A DNA stretch of 64,000 nucleotides, taken from contig OZ024744.1 in assembly GCA_964016885.1 (NCBI GenBank), forward strand, positions 100,750,001 to 100,814,000, in the 5' to 3' direction. Below are positions 1-12,024 of this stretch, in pieces; position 1 is the stretch's first letter, and every line of letters begins with the position of its first letter. The translations under genes and the position numbers were made by a program. This stretch comes from Eledone cirrhosa (taxonomy: Eukaryota). The notes below the pieces were generated by a model that saw only the letters and a list, made by a program, of their open reading frames with translations, ran no database searches and was not told where the DNA came from.

Positions 1-406
1 GATAGCTTGGGGTAAATGAAGCAAGTGATGCAGCTTTGGTTTCTATTGAAGTCAATCTACTGAACAAACAAACCTAATACCCTGGTGAAAAACATGTAAA
101 TCCTAAAGTTTCTAGCACCCTAAAGATATGAGAAGTGGAGAGCTTGTTGCAAATAGCATTGAAAAAATATATATATATTTAAGGAATATTTCTATAATTG
201 TTTTTACTAAACTGCTTATTTGCCAACCCTGTTCATTCACTAAGGGAGAATCGCAGACAGAATCTTCTGGCTTCCAGTAAAGAAATACATTTGCTCCTGT
301 CATTTTGATTCTTCATTGGTTTACCAGATATTTCATATGTAATCATATATATATATATATATAATGTGTATATATATATATATATAATGCATATATATAT
401 ATAATG

Positions 407-444
<38 letters not shown>

Positions 445-859
445 CTTTGTTTTGTATTAACCTGTTTTATGCAAAACATGTTAATTATACAAAACCAATT
501 ATACCTGTTTTCTGAAAAAACCTGTTTTTATTTTATTATTTCTGTATTTGTACAAAGTACGAAGCTTTTTAATGTGATAATAAAAAAAACTTTAAATTTT
601 TCCCAGACACAGAAAAGAATACAGTGAAATATAGGTTGCATCAATTTATTTGATTCTATTTCAGTTAAGTTAACAAATATATAGTGAATATCGGGAATGG
701 GGTGTCTAGATTCAAGGAAAATTGTGGAGTGGAGCCAAAAAATAATGATCTGAGAAAAGATTAGTTTGTTCTATTCTGAATTGGAGATAGTTATAGGGTT
801 ATTATATTTATGGATTTATTTATAACTGATTACATACTTCATAATTGAATAGATATATA

Positions 860-1196
860 CAGGGTGGTCTGAAAGTCTTGTCACCCCTACATATTGTTTT
901 AACTTTCATTATTTTTTGTTTTAATAATATAATATATAATATCATTAATTGTAATATATAAAAATAGGGCGGTGGATTGGCAGTATTGTTAGAGGTTCGG
1001 ACGCCCTTTATGATCTGAGTTCAAATCTCGCCGAGGTTAACTTTGCCTTTCATCCTTACGAGGTCGATAAAATAAAGTACCAGTAATGCACTGGGTAATT
1101 GCTGGCCTTGTGCCAAAAGTAGAAATATTTAGTTATAATATATAATAATATAATTATCTTTTTGGTAGGGGGTGACAAGACTTTCGGACCACCCTG
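860..1196. mobile_element. Tc1/mariner-type MITE with a nested Deu-SINE
   Basis: TIRs cagggtggtctgaaagtcttgtcacccctac / gtaggggg tgacaagactttcggaccaccctg, TA on both flanks. Confidence 0.8.
966..1130 (+). mobile_element. tRNA-derived SINE with Deu/Nin-like domain (internally deleted copy)
   Basis: B-box gagttcaaatc, then gcctttcatccttacgaggtcgataaaataaagtaccag. Other copies near 3925, 6755, 11520, 11700, 21745, 22060, 35790, 36760, 43480, 45810-46545, 47010 and 53586. Confidence 0.75.
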
Positions 1197-1606
1197 TACA
1201 TTTGTGAGTTTTATATCAAATAATAATAATATTCTGTTCGTTTACAAGCAAACAGCCTCATTATACCAAGTATTTTGTTCTAGAGAAACAATTGACAATG
1301 ATATTACTATTATTGTCAATTGTTTCTCTCTGTCATTGTTAGAACAAAAGGATGACAATAGTCGTCTAAAACACATAGTGTAATGAGGCTGTTTGCTTGT
1401 AAATGAACTGGATATTATCATTATTTGATATAAAACTCACAAATGCATTTACATATCTGCTGTGTTAGAGTGAAACTAATTTTGCTTTTAAATAGATATA
1501 GTTTTATGAAAAAAAAAAAAAAAATTAGAAATATTTTCCTCGTTTGTGAATGGTAAGAATCAGAGAATGGTAACATTCTTATGTAGTAAAATAACAATAC
1601 AAATCC

Positions 1607-2030
1607 TGTATGAGAAGTCTGGAAACTTAGTCTTATTGCAGATGAGAAGTTTGGTAACTAGTCTTATAACAGATGAGAAGTCTGGTAACTTAATCTTATT
1701 ACAGATGAGAAGTCTGGTAACTTAGTCTTATTACAGATGAGAAGTCCGGTAATTTAATCTTATTACAGATGAGAAGTCTGGTAACTTAGTCTTATTACAG
1801 ATGTATGAGAAGTCTGGTAACTTAGTCTTATTAGAGATGTATGAGAAGTCTGGTAACTTAGTCTTATTACAGATGTATGAGAAGTCTGGTAACTTAGTCT
1901 TATTAGAGATGTATGAGAAGTCTGGTAACTTAGTCTTATTACAGATGAGAAGTCTGGTAACTTAGTCTTATTTCAGATGTATGAGAAGTCTGGTAACTTA
2001 GTCTTATTACAAATGTAATCAGAACTCTGG
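1607..2030. repeat. Minisatellite, 32/36-bp unit (atgagaagtctggtaacttagtcttattacag[atgt]), about 12 copies
   Basis: Direct tandem repetition. Confidence 0.95.
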
Positions 2031-2257
2031 AAACTATATACCAATTGTGATCTAATTATTGCTAATTATACCAGTGAATATTTCACTGGCATCACAGAGG
2101 GTTTCAGCTCTCAGTTGTATATCATCAGTTGATTAACCAGTTATTCAGTTTAGATTGATATTCTTCTACCAAGTTGTTTTTCCTAGTTTCTAAACCAATG
2201 AAACTTCAGCAGATAGACAATAATAACATTTCAAAGAGAATGAAGAATCAGTAAATA

Positions 2258-2437
2258 TGATGGTTGAATGATAGAACCAGATCATTTGATGGTTGAATGA
2301 TAGAACCAGATCATTTGATGGTTGAATGATAGAACCAGATCATTTGATGGTTGAATGATAGAACCAGATCATTTGATGGTTGAATGATAGAACCAGATCA
2401 TTTGATGGTTGAATGATAGAACCAGATCATTTGATGA
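2258..2437. repeat. Minisatellite, 29-bp unit (tgatggttgaatgatagaaccagatcatt) x6
   Basis: Identical tandem copies. Confidence 0.95.
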
Positions 2438-2714
2438 ATCCAATATGGAAAAAGAAGAGAACAATTGGTTATGTCACCAACATGACCACCTTACAGGGTG
2501 GACTGGGTACTTATAGCACCAGATCAGCATTCCAATTTTATAGTGTCAACAGTATTGTGAAAGATCAGATGTAGAGTGTGTCTAGCTTTCATGAATTGTG
2601 TGCCTGAGTTGGGCAGGTGTATCAGGAGTGATGGTTTGGGTGGCGAGTAATGAAGTTTGACACGAACAAGGTATGAGGGATATTTAGCTGGTGAGGGCGG
2701 GGTATTAAAATATG

Positions 2715-3420
2715 GGAAGGTAGGTCTTCAGCAGTACAGCATAATGTCAGAGATTTCAATACTAGGTCATCTCTTTTGTGAGGTTTAATTGGGCAAAGAC
2801 AGTTTTTATCATTTCATACCAAACTTTCCTAGGTCTTTCTCTTGAGTGCCACTGTCATCCAACCATATGCATCACATGTCCATACCACCACAAGTCTCCT
2901 CTCCTATACACTGCATGTGACCTCTATTATGCCTAGTTTCTCTCTCAGTTTGTTGAGGCTTCACTGTTCATGCACACTACTATTACAGATCCATCAAAGC
3001 ATGTGGGCTTTATTTCTTTCCAATCTTCATAGATCCTCTGCATACAGTGCCCAGGCCTCACTCCCAAGCAACATTGCTGGTTGTACATAAGCGTCATATA
3101 ATCTGCTTTCATTTTAAGGTAAAAAAAACTTTTATCGCTAGCAGTGGTAGTAGCTGTCTAAATTTTTTCCATTCCATTCTCACTCCAGTTACTGTACTCT
3201 CAGAACACCCACATCCACTGCTAATTTGGTCATCCAGGTAGCAGAAGCTATCAACTACTACAGGGCCCTCTGATCATTTGAAGGAGCTTGTTCCCTGTGA
3301 GCTCTTGCTTCTTACTGCTCCTGTGCATTGACCATATATAAAACCTATGTTCTTTGCTAGCCTGCCTGAGATCCTACTATATCTCTTGTGCACTTATAGT
3401 TTGCATTTGGGACATAGGAT
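2715..3420 (-). mobile_element. Old, degenerate RTE LINE 3' fragment
   Basis: Reverse strand aligns by eye to the C-terminal region of the RTE ORF at 13750-14500, with stops and frameshifts. Confidence 0.8.
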
Positions 3421-3506
3421 ATATATAACGTCTGCAGTGCCAAGACCAGACCACAAATCAGGGGAGTACTCTGTGCATGGGAGGAAGCAGAGTGGGTATA
3501 AAGGAA

Positions 3507-3910
3507 GGTAAAAACCTGACTGCAATGTCTAGCAGTTTCAACTTGTATTTAGCAAGCCTTTTCAAGCTGAATACAAGCCAAAACAGCTAGGCATCAGAGT
3601 CAGGTTTTTACCTGACGGTTTACGTCTCTTGTGATTTGAATGCATATATATGTGTGTATATATATCTGTGTTTGTCTCACTTTATGGTAGTATAAGGCTC
3701 AGAATTTTTTTCCTTGAGTTACTTTGATTATAAGGGACTAACGTGAGTATTTAACTCAATATATACTTTTGATAATTGAGCTCCTACACTTTTGTTGAGT
3801 TTTTAATATGTTGAATGGACATGGCTGCTATTTTTTAGTAGCTTACGTTCTATTCAACTTGCTTGACCCGCGCGATACCATGTGTGATTTCTCTCTCTTA
3901 ACAAACTTGC
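3507..3910 (-). mobile_element. Penelope-like element 3' remnant with fold-back terminus
   Basis: Minus-strand peptide LNKSVGAQLSKVY resembles the GIY-YIG C-terminus. Inverted repeat at 3507-3613 contains a degenerate hammerhead-like core. Confidence 0.5.
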
Positions 3911-4663
3911 ATTATTTAGTCTTCTAAATCCCGCCAAGGTTAACTTTGCCTTTCATCCTTACGGGGTCGATAAAATAAAGTACCAGTAATACACTGGGTA
4001 ATTGCTGGCCTTGTGCCTAAAGTAGAAACAATTATTTAGTCTTCTAAGGAAATTAGTAGTGGAGAGATTACTGATCCGAACATCCACTGAAGGTCAATGG
4101 ATCTTTAACTCTCTCCACTGAATTACAAAACACTTCTACCCAAAGCTGTCTGGATGTTGATAGTTATCATAATTGGTTTGTAAATCTTAATTTATCCTTT
4201 TAATTGAGTCTTGTGAACTGTATTATATTTAGTCACTATTTTCTACATCCTGGCGGTTTATGTCCCTTGTTATTTGAACACATATAGATGTATATATCTG
4301 TGTTTGTCTCTCTTTATTATATATGTATATATGTATATATATATAATGGAACCTTCCTGAAGGCCGTTCGTCACCTGAAATGTTCGTAAACCAAAACTTA
4401 TTTTTCCCATATGAAATGTGGAAAGAGAAATACAGTGAGAGAGAGAGACTGTGTGTGAAATACAGGTAATGTCACCATAGAAACTAACTACACAGAAAGT
4501 GATGCTTTCTCTCTAATTACTCTCAACCATTCTTGTCAGCCTGTATGTTCGTTAGATGAGACACCATTCATCAACCAAAACGTTTTATGTTTTATGTTTG
4601 GAAAAATTGTTCATGATGTGAGAGATTTTTAATAACCAAGGTCCCACTGTATATATATATATA

Positions 4664-4992
4664 TATTATAATAAAATAACACGAGGCTGGACTTGTGTAA
4701 ATCCTTGAAAAGTTTATTATACTATGATCATTTCAATGACTGGGTTCAGTATGAATCCGGTGATATCATCAGGTATTCGAAATATAACAAAGGAATATAA
4801 CAGATAAAATCCATGGGGCTGAAAATCATAGACAAGAGGATGACCGACCATATATATATATTCCTTTGCTATATTTCGAATACCTGATGATATCACCGGA
4901 TTCATACGGAACCCGGTCATTGAAATGATCATAGTATAATAAACTTTTCAAGGATTTACAAAAGTCCAGCCTCCTGTTATTTTATTATAATA
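4664..4992. repeat. Inverted repeat (about 136-bp arms, about 57-bp spacer), Penelope-like terminus
   Basis: 4664-4799 is the reverse complement of 4857-4992 with a handful of mismatches. Confidence 0.9.
4880..4937 (+). ncRNA. Minimal type-I hammerhead ribozyme (imperfect stem II closing pair); mirror copy on minus strand at about 4719-4776
   Basis: ATAC-CTGATGA-[stem II atcaccgg...ccggtcat]-GAAA-TGATCA-TA-GTAT. Palindromic loop III; stem I ATAC/GTAT. Confidence 0.6.
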
Positions 4993-5486
4993 ATTAACTC
5001 CGTACTCGCACCACCAACTACACAAACGAAGACGGGTGAGCTGCATTTTGTTGAGTACTCTCCATAATATTACATCGAGATTGACCATACGGAATGACCA
5101 ATTCTATCCAGTGGTGAACCTAAATAAATTAATATATATATTAGGGGATTGTCTCTGTGTTTATGTTCCATGACTTTGTGACACAACACTAAAGCAATTT
5201 ATAAAATAAGTACCAGATTTGAAAAAATAAATATTAGGGGTTGATATAATTAACTAAAAATCCCTTTAAGGCAGTGTCCCAGCATGGTCGTAGTCTAATG
5301 AGTGAAACCCATAAAAAAAAAGAAGAATATTTTAAAATTTCATTTCGTCTTTTTTTTTTAAAGAATAAATCCTTAACTCCTGTTGTTCAAAACTTGAGCA
5401 AAACAACTATTTTTCTGTTGCTGTTTCATAAAAACAAAGCAGTGAGTCATATGTGTTTTCTTGATTCTTAAATTTTCTAAACTTAA

Positions 5487-5696
5487 CCCTTTAGCATTTA
5501 AACCAGCTGTATCCGGCCAGAATTCTCTCACCTTTTTCTATTCAAACCAGTCGTAACCAGCCACTCATACTTATGTTAAGGAATTGTTCTCATAATAAAT
5601 AATATCAAAATCTCATAGATTCAATATTATGTGAGATAAAGCATTTACAGTGAAAATATAATAGTATATATATAGAGTAATGTAAATGCTAAAGGG
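5487..5696. mobile_element. About 210-bp piggyBac-like MITE
   Basis: TIR ccctttagcattta / taaatgctaaaggg flanked by TTAA. Related copies near 10670, 29641, 30876, 38316, 48015, 48641, 48836 and 56947. Confidence 0.8.
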
Positions 5697-7939
5697 TTAA
5701 ATAAGTTCCTGGTTGAATATCTGATCTCATCTGACATGTATGTTTAGTGCATTCGTTATAGTATTTATAATTAAATATATACACTCTGTTTCAATTAATT
5801 AATGAAGAATTTTAGGAAATTTGCTAAAATTATTAATTATTTCATTACTAAGATTGTAACTTAACATATAAAATTATATTGGAAGATTTTAATTTAAATA
5901 GGAACCCTTTAAAAATTAGTGTTTTTGTTTCATAGAGACAGATGAGGTTTGGGGCTGGGTTGGTATCAAAAAGGATTAAGAAAGTGAATTATTTAAATGA
6001 TTTGTCCAAACAAAAGAGATATAAATGAGGCTCAAAAACAGAAAATACTAAAGATAATTTGGGTTAGGGTAAGGTAAAATGTGGTGGAGTGGGAGACACA
6101 GAAATTAATTATTTAAGAGTGATATAAGATTTTATGACATCAGCAATTGGTAGAAGAATTTTCAGTAATTTAATTTTAAGAATAGTTATTAATATTATTA
6201 AAGAATAATAAAAGTAAATATTTTTTGCCATTCTTTTCATATAAAAAAAAAGAGTACAACTGTAATAAAAAAAATTTTTTTTAATCTGCAGCTAAGCCAA
6301 GCATAAATGTTTTTCTACACATGTATAAAATGGAAATAAAACTGTTATCTGTTGATTCATTCCTGTTATCATTGTTAAATTACTTTCAAATGTTTGTGGC
6401 TGGAGTTCAGTTACCAATTGGTACCATATTACTTATAAAGCAGCGAATTGGCAGAGTCAATAGATCATCGAATAGAATGCTTTGTGCTATTTGTTCTGGC
6501 TCTCTACACTCTGAGTTCAAATTTTGCTGAGGTCAATTTTGTCTTTCATCTATTCAAGGTCAATAAAAAAAGTAACAGTCAAGTATTGGGAGTCAATTCT
6601 TCCTCTGTATTCCTTTCTCACTGGTTTCAGACCTAGAGAGAGATGTGTTCCACTGGGTATAAAAGTCCCCAATAAATGGTATATGTCACACAACCGCCCC
6701 TACGACTCCACTAACAGTTATGGGTCCATACATACCATTTTACTTAAATAATTATTTCTACTTCTGGCACAAGGCCATCAATTACCTAGTATATTACTGG
6801 TACTTTATTTTATTAACCCTGTAAGGATGAAAGGCAAAGTTAACCTCGGCGGGATTTGAACTCAGAATGGCAAGGGCCGTAACTCTATGCGTCAAAGCAT
6901 GGCGTCCGACCCTCTACCGATGCTGCCAATCCATACAGCTGAGAAAGGCACAAATATCAAATCATTTTATTTCCACCTTCCTCTGCTTATGACAAAATAA
7001 ATTTGCTACAAAAGAAGTTGTCCTGATTAAATCAAAGGCATTTTAGTTATTACTCCTTCATCTGTTTCTTTTGTTTGTTTTGTATTTTAATATATAGTAT
7101 ACCCATGATTACATTATCCTGTGTTTCCTTTTTAAAGCCACTTTCATACATTCAAGGTCAATAAAAAAAAAAGTACCAGTCAAGTACTGGTGTCAATTCT
7201 TCCTCTATATCTCTTTCTCACTCCCATTTTCCCATTCTCTCTATCCTTCTCTGGAAGAAATTTGCTATATTCAACGTGGAGAGGAGATGGGCTCTGCCAG
7301 GTTTTAAAACTACCCTAGAAACGCCATACGACAATACGGTGCCACTATGACTCCCTCGGGAGTTACAGGACCATACATAAATACATACACTGTCGTTTGA
7401 GAGAGATGTGGCTACTATAGTGAGGGTGACAGTACTAGTGTCAACATCAATGATGGTAGTCCTATAATTGGTTGTTATTTAGTCACAAATTAACCCCAAC
7501 TGAACAGACCTTTGAGCAAACACATTCCAGACTTGACCATCCTGTCTTTTTCATTTTTCATACTTAGGGCTACATTGTCCAGCGTGTCCACTTGTTTTAA
7601 GTAGAGTGTAATTTGAGGGAATTTGCCTGTTATTTTTAGCATATCAAGCAATCACATAGAAGCTCCTTTGTTAGCTCATCAAAATAGAAGTGGTATCACA
7701 ATGGTATTGTGGTGTTGTGGTTGCGGATTATAGTTGAAGTAGCGAGAGATCACATTAGTATTGAGATGTAATGTTATAGTAGAAGTATGTCATACTGGTA
7801 TTGTCATATAATAGCAATGGATGATAGCCACAGGGGAGCTAGCTTATGTGATGTTAGATAACAGTAGCTTGAGTAGTGATAGATCATGGTGTGTACTAGG
7901 GGGTTAGCAACATGTAGGCCATGGCGGTATTCTCTGTGG

Positions 7940-8472
7940 GTCTCAGACCTCAAATTTATATCTGTAAGACATTATATACAGGTTGGCCAGAACTGTCCGC
8001 TAGAGACCATTAAGGCATTCTCTGTCATTATCAGACATCAGATTTATATCTGTAAGACATGATATTATATAAATCTAGGCCAGAACTGTCCTCTAGAGAC
8101 CATTAAGGCATTCTCTGTCATTATCAGACATCAGATTTATATCTGTAAGACATGATATTATATAAATCTAGGCCAGAACTGTCCTCTAGAGACCATTAAG
8201 GCATTCTCTGTCATTATCAGACATCAGATTTATATCTGTAAGACATGATATATAAATCTAGGCCAGAACTGTCCTCTAGAGACCATTAAGGCATTCTCTG
8301 TCATTATCAGACATCAGATTTATATCTGTAAGACATGATATTATATAAATCTAGGCCAGAACTGTCCTCTAGAGACCATTAAGGCATTCTCTGTCATTAT
8401 CAGACATCAGATTTATATCTGTAAGACATGATATTATATAAATCTAGGCCAGAACTGTCCTCTAGAGACCAT
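7940..8472. repeat. Tandem repeat, about 93-bp unit, about 6 copies
   Basis: ggccagaactgtcc recurs at about 7985, 8078, 8171, 8261, 8354 and 8447. Confidence 0.92.
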
Positions 8473-8760
8473 AGATAGCTGGGGAGCGACTGACAAAGGG
8501 CTTACTGAGTGATACTAAGACACCATCAGCCTTCTTGACAATTTTAGAGATGTGCTTTGTCCAATGCAAATCGCTGCTGATAGTAATGCCTAGGTCACGT
8601 TCACAAGAAGACTTCTTGAGATTGGTGTTGTGGAAGGAGTATGTGGATGCTGGGTTTTTCCTCCCAAGATGCATGATGGTACACTTGCCCACAGCCAGCT
8701 TGAGTTGCTAGTCCATGATCCATTGCTGCATTTTATCCAGGTCTGATTGCAGGAAAGATC
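8462..8760 (-). mobile_element. CR1-type LINE RT fragment
   Basis: LQSDLDKMQQW...KCTIMHLGRKN...ERDLGITISSDLHWTKHI with an in-frame stop. Confidence 0.85.
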
Positions 8761-8889
8761 TATACATGTGAGCTTCAGACCCTCTCAAATTTATATATGT
8801 GCCACATAATGTTACATACATGTGGGCCTCAAATTTATAAGATAGGATACAATATACAGACCTTCTCAAACACATGTATATATATATAT

Positions 8890-9230
8890 GGAGGCACATG
8901 GCTTAGTGGTTAGAGCATTGGCCTTGCAATCGAAAGGTTGTGAGTTCAATTCTCAGACCAGGTGATGTGTTGTTTCCTTGAGCAAGACACTTTATTTCAC
9001 ATTGCTCCAGTTTACTCAGCTGTAGAAATGAGATGATAGGGACTGAGGTCCCTATCATTCCACTGCAAAGTGGTCGTGGAGGTGCCACGGCAAAAATGCA
9101 CCCAGCACTCACTGTAAATGAGGTTGGTGTTAGGAAGGGCATCCAGCTGTAGAAATCAAGCCAGAATCAGTTCCCATCCCACCCTTGCAAGCAGGGAAAG
9201 GCGGACATAAAATGAAATGATGATGATGAT
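8890..9230 (+). mobile_element. tRNA-derived CORE-SINE with RTE-derived tail
   Basis: A box tggcttagtgg, B box gagttcaattc, CORE-like ccttgagcaagacactt...cagtttactcagctgtagaaatg. Tail shared with the RTE 3'UTR, ending in (ATG)n. Confidence 0.85.
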
Positions 9231-9240
9231 ATGTAAGATA

Positions 9241-10072
9241 TCTATATATCTTAAACAGAGAATGTCTGTCTGTCTGCCTGACTCCCTAAAACTCAAGAAC
9301 CACCCAACCGATTTTTTTCAAACTTTACACATGTAATGCTTATGGTCCTGTGAATGTTTTGAGCAAAAAATATTTCAAATTTTCAATGTCCCAGGGACCG
9401 CATTAGGCGCCGTTTAGCGATCTCTCTATAATTCTTAGTCTGTCTTTTTAGATAGATACATAGCTTCAACGCTGCGCCCTTATAATATTTTTCTGTATGT
9501 CTGTATGTCTGCATTATGACATTATGACACTATCTGTGTGTGTATGTATATATGTATATATTGTGTATATATATATATATATAGTGTGTAACGTGTTTCG
9601 AAATATTTACTTCTGCGTTCACAGATTGATTTTTTAGTTTCCGAAGATCCCGTTAAGGGTGAAAGCAGCTATTCTTTGCTTAAACTTTAATCTGTTATTT
9701 TAATATATATATATAATTATATATTCGTGTACAGATATTTTTGCATACACAATAAGAAAATATAAACAAACGTATTTATTTCACGAGGCTCGATAAGGAT
9801 AAATGTATAAGAACCCGAGAGCAAATATTGTTCTCATTGCTGACGAGGCAGAAGGGGATATACACGATTGGCTGAAGAAGGGCGAGACTGTGTTAGTAGT
9901 ACGACCAACGGCTGCTATCACACCAACAGCAGCAAAAACAACAAAAAAGAGAGGGAACGCAATTACATGCTTTTGAAAAATCTTAATGGAAAATTATTTG
10001 CCTATTCACCCAAGGCGACTTCACTTTTTATTAGGACTTCTGCATCAATTGGTGAACATACGACGAAACTGT
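9241..10072 (+). mobile_element. Non-autonomous Helitron, 3'-truncated
   Basis: Begins TCTATATATC; colinear and highly similar to the complete copy at 18811-20084. Confidence 0.85.
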
Positions 10073-10079
10073 AAAAAAA

Positions 10080-10669
10080 ACAGGCAGTTTTGCTAAAGTA
10101 CAAAAAGTTGTAATGAAAGCAGAGTTGTATACAAACAAAAAAACAATGAGAGTAGAATAAGAGAAAATGTATTCTTTGAGAGCATCCTTTGCTGTGTATG
10201 GTTAAATTTTGAACTTATAATCCAAAATATCCTGCATGACATATTCATTGTTTTGTAATGAGTAAGGTGAAGTCAAGGCAGAGCTGTAATAAGTGTTTTT
10301 GTTAACACTAAAGCACTTCAGGATAGACGATATTCTTTGTTTTTCTTTTCGGAACAAATGCATAGAGATTATCTCTACTGCCAACTCGTGAGCAGGCAAC
10401 GTAGAATTGTCTGTGCGAAAAGCAAGGTTCATCCAGCGACGGACAGAGTTTGACCTTGCGACTTGTTTATGGACATCACAAAGGCAACACGAAGGGGAAA
10501 TTGGGTTCGGCGAAAAAAAAAAAAATTTGCTATCAATTTTTTATTGCTAGAGGTGCAACGTGCACAGAAAGTTTGGTCAAATTCGGTTGGGAATTGTGAA
10601 AGCCTTAGCTGTCCAAAGTTGACCACAGACACACAAACACACACACATCCTCGCTTTTATATATATAGA
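10080..10669 (-). mobile_element. Helitron derivative carrying the RepHel helicase C-terminus
   Basis: 5' TCTATATATATAAAAG at 10669. Peptides RRTQFPLRVAFVMSINKSQGQTL and, after a frameshift, PCFSHRQFYVACSRVGSRDNLYAFVPKRKTKNIVYPEVL*. Confidence 0.88.
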
Positions 10670-12024
10670 AGATTATATTTTCAAGGTAAAGGCATTACCT
10701 CACAAAATTTCTCATATAATATTAAATCTATGAGATTTTGATATTGTTTATTTTGAGAACAACACCTTAACATAAATATAAGCAACCAGTTTCAGCCAGT
10801 TTGAACAGAAAGAGGTGAGAGAATCCTGGCCAGATATGGCCAGTTTAAATGCAAAAGGTTTAAACAATATCTTTAAGATTTACACACACAAACATACATA
10901 TACACACACACAACACATTTCCTCTCAGTCATTGTTACTACAAGAAGTTCACTTTCCAATCATAAGATCCTGGCTTCTAACCCTACATCTGTTCCTGTAA
11001 ATAATTATTTCTCCAAAGTTATTCATATATTTAACCCTGTTGTATCATTTCATTTCATTTGAGTTTGAGTCCATGCTCAGGCCAAGTCGAAGACTCCACC
11101 CTCAATTTGTACATATATGCTGAACATTTGTGAGATAATATACTAGAAATAAATTATTAAAATGTCAATTACTTCCATATGTCAATAACCAACATAAGCT
11201 ATAGGGTTTCTCTTATGGAAACCATTAATTTATCAAAAAGAAAATTTCTCAGTTTGTATGATTGTTTCAATATATCTTATAACTCTGCTATGTTTGACAT
11301 ACCAATCCTGGACTCCAAGAATTATATATGTTCAATGCTATTACCATCATTATTGATGGCACTGGTAGCCTAGTATGACATACGACCAGCATTCCCCATT
11401 GCAGTGTGGAACTGAGGAATTGTGCTTGTCTATTTCTTCTTTCTCTGGCTCAGTTTTATGGATTTGTTTCTTTAATAAATCTTATTCATTATAAAAAGGA
11501 ATAATTATTTCATGTAATAATAATTGTTTCTACGTTTGGCACAAGGCCAGCAATTATCGCAGTGTATTACTGGTACTTTATTTTATTGACATCATAAGGA
11601 TGAAAGGCAAAGTTAACCTCAGCGGGATTTGAAATCAGAATGGCAAGGGCCGCAACTCTATGCGTCAAAGCATGGCGTCCGACCCTCTACCGATACTGCA
11701 ATGGTTTCTGATTTAGGTTGAGGGACAACAATTTTCGAGGGAACGAAAAGTTGATTAAATCAACCCCAGTATGTTACTGGTATTTTATTTTATCAACCCT
11801 GTAAGGATGAAAGGCAAAACTAACCTTGGCAGGATTTGAACTCAGAATATAAAGGTGTCATAATTAAATGCTGCAAAGCATGTTGTTTCATGCTCTACTG
11901 ATCTTGCCAATCCATTGCCCTTTTCTTATCGATGGCACTGGTCCACTAGTGTAAGATAACACCAGCATTTCCCATTGCAGTGTGCAACTGAGGAATTATG
12001 CTTACCTATTTTTCATGTATTAAT

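Noticed and set aside
112-303. 63-aa ORF at the window start
   Set aside because: No recognisable motif or splice support.
2095-2135. Minus-strand CTGATGA...GAAAC
   Set aside because: Stems I and II do not pair; at best a decayed remnant.
8890-8965. tRNA gene
   Set aside because: The tRNA-like head continues into CORE and LINE tail and occurs in several dispersed copies, so it is a SINE.
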